The position numbers and the translations under genes were made by a program. Positions 59,149 through 64,000 of a stretch of DNA of 64,000 bases are shown here, in pieces. The notes under the pieces are model-generated. The model did not search any database. It worked only from the letters and a program-made list of their open reading frames with translations, and was not told where the DNA came from. Origin of the DNA: Sulfuricurvum sp. Lineage in GTDB: Bacteria > Campylobacterota > Campylobacteria > Campylobacterales > Sulfurimonadaceae. The stretch is taken from the NCBI GenBank assembly GCA_024637215.1, contig JAGXFM010000030.1, forward strand, positions 831 through 64,830, given 5' to 3'. The stretch's first letter is position 1. Each line of letters opens with the position of its first letter.

Positions 59149-60627
59149 ATGAAATTAGTCAATCTCAGTATCGTAGCCGCGGCTACATGTTTCTTAGCAA
59201 CGTCGGCGCATGCGCTTAAATCAGAAGATCGTACGATTAAAGGTAATTACCAAGTAGAATATACCAAAGTGCCGGGTGCAGTAAACTCTATCGGTGAAAT
59301 GTTTACCGAGGGTGAAGTCTATGGACGTCTCCGCTCGAATATGTTCTGGTGGGATTGGGATAATGAAAATGCTACAGTTCAAGACAATAACATGTGGGGT
59401 GCCGGTGGTAGTTTAGTGTATAAAACAGGTTATTTCCACGGTTTTGGTGCAACGGCAGGGTTTTATGGAACGGTTCCAATGCATAACGATAATACTTTGG
59501 GAACTGGGATAACCAACTACGGTAAAGCGGGTAAAGATACGTACCATACACGTTCCGATGGAACTGAAGGGGCTATGGGTAATTTTGCCGAAGCCTATTT
59601 GGAATATAAAAACGGTAAAACGAATGCCAAAGTGGGACGTCAAGGCATTGATAGTATGATGCTCGCAACAAATGATACGAAAATGATCCCGAATACATTT
59701 GAAGCGGCCGTTATCGAAAATAAAGATATTCCTGATACATCAATTCGTGCCGGTTATATTATGTCTCAAAAACTTCGTGATCACCAAACATTTCATAGTC
59801 TTATTGAATTTGCAAAATATTCAGCTAATGATGATTCAGGTGCTCATAAAGGACTAACTGCTGCAAATATTCGTTCACGCGGAGCTGGAGATGTTGATCC
59901 AGAGATGATTTTACTGACCGTTCAAAATACCTCGGTACCTAATTTGAAACTCAATGGAGAGTATGTAGGATTAAATGGCTTTTTCAATACAGCGATTGCT
60001 GAAGCCAACTATAAAATCAAACTCGGTGATGCATGGACATTGACTCCGGGTATCCGCTATCTTCGTCAAATGGACGATGGAGCCGGCCGAATTGGTGGTG
60101 CAGCAATTAGTGGTACTTTGGCTAATACAACAGGTGCTGGAAACGGGTATAGTGATCGTGGAAGTGTAGACGGTAGTATTATTATGGCGCGTTTGGTAGC
60201 GGCTAATGGACCATTAGAACTCTCAGCCGGATACTCGAAAATTTCTGATGATGCCGATATTATTGCTCCGTGGCGTGGATTCCCGACAGGCGGATATAAT
60301 CGTTCAATGGCGCAAGTCGATTGGATTGCTAACACTAAAAACTGGGCAGTAAAAGCGGTCTATGATTTTGGAAAAGCAGGGTTAGTTCCAGGGCTAAAAG
60401 TAGCAGCTGACTATGAAAATATGAATTTTGACGATGCAAAAGTGGCTACTTCAGGATTTACCGATCGCGATATTTTCCATGTGGATGCATGGCAAACGTT
60501 TAAAGCGCTTCCAAATACGGAATTTAAATTACGCTTTGCTACCATTGATGCTGACCCTGCAACTGTCGGTGGTGTTGATTACAACTCATACAACGAATAC
60601 CGTTTCGAAATTAACTACCTCTTCTAA
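59149..60627 (+). CDS. OprD-family outer membrane porin
   Basis: Signal peptide, GGSLVYKTG, KVGRQ, PNTFEA and C-terminal EYRFEINYLF. Confidence 0.82.
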   Translation: MKLVNLSIVAAATCFLATSAHALKSEDRTIKGNYQVEYTKVPGAVNSIGEMFTEGEVYGRLRSNMFWWDWDNENATVQDNNMWGAGGSLVYKTGYFHGFGATAGFYGTVPMHNDNTLGTGITNYGKAGKDTYHTRSDGTEGAMGNFAEAYLEYKNGKTNAKVGRQGIDSMMLATNDTKMIPNTFEAAVIENKDIPDTSIRAGYIMSQKLRDHQTFHSLIEFAKYSANDDSGAHKGLTAANIRSRGAGDVDPEMILLTVQNTSVPNLKLNGEYVGLNGFFNTAIAEANYKIKLGDAWTLTPGIRYLRQMDDGAGRIGGAAISGTLANTTGAGNGYSDRGSVDGSIIMARLVAANGPLELSAGYSKISDDADIIAPWRGFPTGGYNRSMAQVDWIANTKNWAVKAVYDFGKAGLVPGLKVAADYENMNFDDAKVATSGFTDRDIFHVDAWQTFKALPNTEFKLRFATIDADPATVGGVDYNSYNEYRFEINYLF

Positions 60628-60637
60628 AGGCTGAACG

Positions 60638-61543
60638 ATGAAACTGTTGTTGGGAACTTTATTGTTAGCCGTTACAAGTTTAAGTGCGTATGATTACGCC
60701 CTTAAACCGGTACGGATTACCTCGGACGTTCACTGTTTTTTCGGAAAACCGGAGATCATGGATAAAACCAACAACGGCAACATCGTTAACAGCTGTTATA
60801 TCGATGCAGGGGAGGGATACGTTGTCGTTGACACCGGTCCCTCGTATGCGTATGCAGAATCTGCCCACAAAGCAATGAAAAAAATAAAATCCCTCCCCGT
60901 TAAACTTGTTATCAATACCCATATCCATGATGATCATTGGTTGGGAAACAACTATTTTACCGAGCAGGGAATTAAAGTTTTAGGGTCCGATGATTTTAAA
61001 GTCAATGCCGATATGAGCATACCTACCCGAATGCAAACCTATATCTCTGCAGAAGCTTACGCTTCAACGGTTCCGACACTTCCAACTGAAATGATCAGCA
61101 GTGATACGACACTCAGCGTCGGTAATCAAACATTAGAGCTTAAAATTGCGAAGCATAAGGCCCATACGGCGAAAGATATGGTGGTTTATCTTCCAAAATC
61201 CAAAGTGCTTATAGCGGCGGATTTGGTATTTAACGACCGTCTCCCCTCTGTCAGAGGCGGTGATATCAACGGTTGGCTTTCGGCATTGGATGACTTGGAT
61301 ACACTTAAAGCTGAACATGTTGTCGGCGGTCATGGTAATCGTACCGATAAAGATGCGGCACAAATGACGAGAGAATATTTCACCCAAATGCGCAGTGAAA
61401 TCCGCGCTGCAATCGCTGATGGGCTTAGTATCGATGAGACGATTAAAAAAGTGAGTATGGATAAGTATAAAAAGTATAAACTTTATGAAGGTACTCATCG
61501 TCATAATGTTGAATCATCTTATCGAGTATTGGAGTGGGAATAA
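60638..61543 (+). CDS. Exported MBL-fold metallo-hydrolase (SoxH-like)
   Basis: VDTG, NTHIHDDHWLGN, AHT..D, ADLVF and GHG motifs. Confidence 0.85.
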   Translation: MKLLLGTLLLAVTSLSAYDYALKPVRITSDVHCFFGKPEIMDKTNNGNIVNSCYIDAGEGYVVVDTGPSYAYAESAHKAMKKIKSLPVKLVINTHIHDDHWLGNNYFTEQGIKVLGSDDFKVNADMSIPTRMQTYISAEAYASTVPTLPTEMISSDTTLSVGNQTLELKIAKHKAHTAKDMVVYLPKSKVLIAADLVFNDRLPSVRGGDINGWLSALDDLDTLKAEHVVGGHGNRTDKDAAQMTREYFTQMRSEIRAAIADGLSIDETIKKVSMDKYKKYKLYEGTHRHNVESSYRVLEWE

Positions 61544-61545
61544 TC

Positions 61546-61980
61546 ATGAAATACCTCATTGTAGCAGGGGCTTTGTTTTCTACGCTACTTTTTGCTGATG
61601 TCCGTTTTGCACAGCCGGAACCCTCGATTGACAAACCGCGTGAAGTGGTAATGGGGATTAGTCTGGGTGATAATGAATCGATCCATCACGGTCTCAGTAC
61701 GGCTAATAATGTCCTAAAATTTTACGGCCCTGAAAAGATTCATTTGCGCATTGTTGCCTATTATCATGGAATCCGTACCTTACTTAAAAGTGAAAAAGAG
61801 ATCGCGGTGCGTGTGAGAGCATTGCAGCAATACGGTGTTGAATTTGTTGCCTGTGGCAATACAATGGAGACAAAAAAGATTTCTCCCGATCAACTGATTG
61901 AAGAGGTTGAAATCGTAAGTGCAGGGATCGCCGAAGTGATCGAACGCGCCACCGAAGGCGCATTTTACATACAACCTTAG
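61546..61980 (+). CDS. Exported DsrE-family protein
   Basis: Signal peptide, IVAY..GI, GVEFVACGNTM, SAGIAEV and YIQP motifs. Confidence 0.82.
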   Translation: MKYLIVAGALFSTLLFADVRFAQPEPSIDKPREVVMGISLGDNESIHHGLSTANNVLKFYGPEKIHLRIVAYYHGIRTLLKSEKEIAVRVRALQQYGVEFVACGNTMETKKISPDQLIEEVEIVSAGIAEVIERATEGAFYIQP

Positions 61981-61986
61981 GAGTGA

Positions 61987-62889
61987 ATGATGAAAATTAT
62001 TTTTATTACGGTGTTAGCGGGATTCTTATCCCTTTTCGGCGGTGATCTTCACCTATTTAGTGTTCCCAATGCAGATGGCAAGCTCAATGCCGGCGTTATT
62101 GAAAAAGCGCTTGAAGCTAACGGATTTATAATCTCGGCAAACAGCGAAATGAACGGTCCGTTTAAAATTCAGTTCGGAGAGAGTGCCTTTGCCCAATTTA
62201 ATCTTTTGACGGCATTCCATAAAAACCTGTCAGAGAGTTTAGTAAAAACTCATCCTGATGGAGGAATTTTTGTTCCGATGGGATTTGGTATTTACCAACG
62301 AAGCGGAGAAAAAGAGTTTCATGTCTCAATCTTGAGTGCTGAAGCTATGGCAAAAATTGCTGGTTTCAAAGCCCCTGAATTTGCTTTGATTGAAAAAGAG
62401 GCCCTCTCAACGCTCAAAAAAGCATTGCCGAATGCAAAAGTAACGATGAGTGAAACGGCTCTACCGGCTGCAGGAGCTTTATTAAGCCGGTATGTTCGCC
62501 CCTCAGATGCTAAAAGTTGGGCTGCTGATAAAGAAGAGGTTGAAATGATGATCGAAGACGGCCTCAAACCTGCCGGATTTGTAATGTCAAATTTTACCGA
62601 TTATAACTTTGTTCTGGGTGAAAAAAGTCCGTTTGATTTTTATGACACTTACTCTATTTGTAAACTCAAAGTGATCTATACCGTAGCTAAAACAGCTCCG
62701 GAAGCGGCGGCATTCGCACCGTGTACATTGATGGTGTATAAGAAAAAAGATACGGATGAGATTGTCATGGGCTTCCCCGGAGTCTATAACTGGATGAGCA
62801 GTGCACGTGTGAGTGATCCTGAGGGCAAAGCGGCATTATTACAGGCACAAAAAGATTTTGAAGCGGTTTTACAAAGTACAATTGAGTAA
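61987..62889 (+). CDS. Exported tandem DUF302-like protein
   Basis: Signal peptide and two repeats (HPDGGIFVPMGFGIY; PEAAAFAPCTLMVY). Confidence 0.7.
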   Translation: MMKIIFITVLAGFLSLFGGDLHLFSVPNADGKLNAGVIEKALEANGFIISANSEMNGPFKIQFGESAFAQFNLLTAFHKNLSESLVKTHPDGGIFVPMGFGIYQRSGEKEFHVSILSAEAMAKIAGFKAPEFALIEKEALSTLKKALPNAKVTMSETALPAAGALLSRYVRPSDAKSWAADKEEVEMMIEDGLKPAGFVMSNFTDYNFVLGEKSPFDFYDTYSICKLKVIYTVAKTAPEAAAFAPCTLMVYKKKDTDEIVMGFPGVYNWMSSARVSDPEGKAALLQAQKDFEAVLQSTIE

Positions 62890-62956
62890 TATATAACACT
62901 TCTTAACGATATATTTAAGTTTTTCCTTTTATACTATTCTAAATAAGAGGTATAAA

Positions 62957-64000
62957 ATGAAAATAAGATCTTGTGTAAGCGCTATTGTTTTCTTGATCTT
63001 CTCACTCTCTCTCAGTGCTGATTCAATAGCAGAAAAAACTAAAAATGAGGCTGTCATCGGCGTTTTGGCTTTTCGTTCCAAGGCCGATACACTTCAAGAG
63101 TGGCAACCTTTAGCCTCGTATCTCAACAGTAAAATTTCAACCCACCATTTTTCCATACTCCCTCTTAGCTATATTGAATTCAATAAAGCAGTGCATGCGG
63201 GTAAACTTGATTTTATGTTTACCAATCCTGAACACTTCATTTATCTCTCTGCAAAATACGATGCTAGTCGTATGGCAACCCTGATTCGTGCCAACATTAA
63301 CGGAACAGAACTTACCAAATTTGGCGGGGTGATTATCGCCCGTTCGGATCGCCAAGATATTGAAAATCTGAATGATTTACGGGAGAAAAATATCGCCGCC
63401 GTGGATGAACTCTCCCTTGGCGGCTATTTAGCTCAGCGGGTTTTATTGCAGGAAAACGGTATTGATATTACGAAAGAGGCGACGCTTCAATACACGGATA
63501 TGCCGCATGATAAAGTGGTGTATATTGTCGAAAGTGGTTCGGCGGATGCCGGATTTATCCGTACGGGGGTATTGGAAAAAATGGTAAAAGAGGGGAGAAT
63601 AAATCGTAACGATTTTAAAATTATCCACCCGATGAGCAATTACCCTCAATCGCTCTCTACCGCACTTTACCCCGAATGGCCGTTTGCTTCTTCAAAAATG
63701 ACCGATCACATATTGGCAAATCAGGTGATGGTTGCACTGCTCACTTTGCCTTATGGTTCTGAAATAACGAAAACAGCGGGATATTACGGGTGGAATATTC
63801 CGTTGTCGTATGAGGGTATTCGTAGAGTAATGCAGACTTTGCGTATAAAGCCATATGATACGGTTCCACCGTTCTCACTTAAAGATGTTATCCATCAATA
63901 CGCTATTTTTATTATTATTTCATTGAGCGGTGTAGTAGCATTATTGACCTTTCTTATAACAAATACGATGCGTTTAGCCAGAACTTTACGTCTCAAATCA
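62957..64000 (+). CDS. Sensor protein with PhnD/SsuA-type periplasmic domain, TtrS-like (5' part only; runs off the window)
   Basis: Not in the ORF track. ATG at 62957 after GAGG; reads MKIRSC...IGVLAFR...WQPLASYLN...FTNPEH...SLGGY...RTGVLE...LYPEWPFA, then a TM segment. Confidence 0.75.
   Translation, partial: MKIRSCVSAIVFLIFSLSLSADSIAEKTKNEAVIGVLAFRSKADTLQEWQPLASYLNSKISTHHFSILPLSYIEFNKAVHAGKLDFMFTNPEHFIYLSAKYDASRMATLIRANINGTELTKFGGVIIARSDRQDIENLNDLREKNIAAVDELSLGGYLAQRVLLQENGIDITKEATLQYTDMPHDKVVYIVESGSADAGFIRTGVLEKMVKEGRINRNDFKIIHPMSNYPQSLSTALYPEWPFASSKMTDHILANQVMVALLTLPYGSEITKTAGYYGWNIPLSYEGIRRVMQTLRIKPYDTVPPFSLKDVIHQYAIFIIISLSGVVALLTFLITNTMRLARTLRLKS

Overview
Chromosomal window from a sulfur-oxidising Campylobacterota, most likely Sulfuricurvum/Sulfurimonadaceae (inferred from protein style and Campylobacter-like synteny: ctpA-purCSQ-plsC-crcB, tyrA/bamA, ppx-fdx-cosRS-folB-plsY). 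The core content is purine, lipid, NAD and aromatic amino acid genes, four c-di-GMP enzymes, tRNA-Lys and tRNA-Glu, a MoxR/vWA (bat) locus, flhB, and a soxXYZAB cluster with an upstream regulatory trio and downstream accessory genes. Two AT-rich accessory islands interrupt conserved loci. Island 1 (28.2-31.7 kb, between batD and moxR) carries a YafQ/DinJ toxin-antitoxin pair and a Septu-like ABC-ATPase plus HNH nuclease. Island 2 (45.0-50.3 kb, between nadA and nadC) carries a lipoprotein, a TIR protein tightly linked to a small RxxxxH HEPN-like protein, a SWIM/Zn-ribbon protein coupled to a DUF2971 protein, and an MNT-HEPN pair. Both islands are marked by the same two families of short REP-like hairpins whose stems co-vary, and I saw no integrase or transposase. 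The best candidates for new biology are the TIR + HEPN-like module and a hairpin-repeat-delimited cassette architecture for defence genes. All calls are from reading motifs by eye; no database searches were run.
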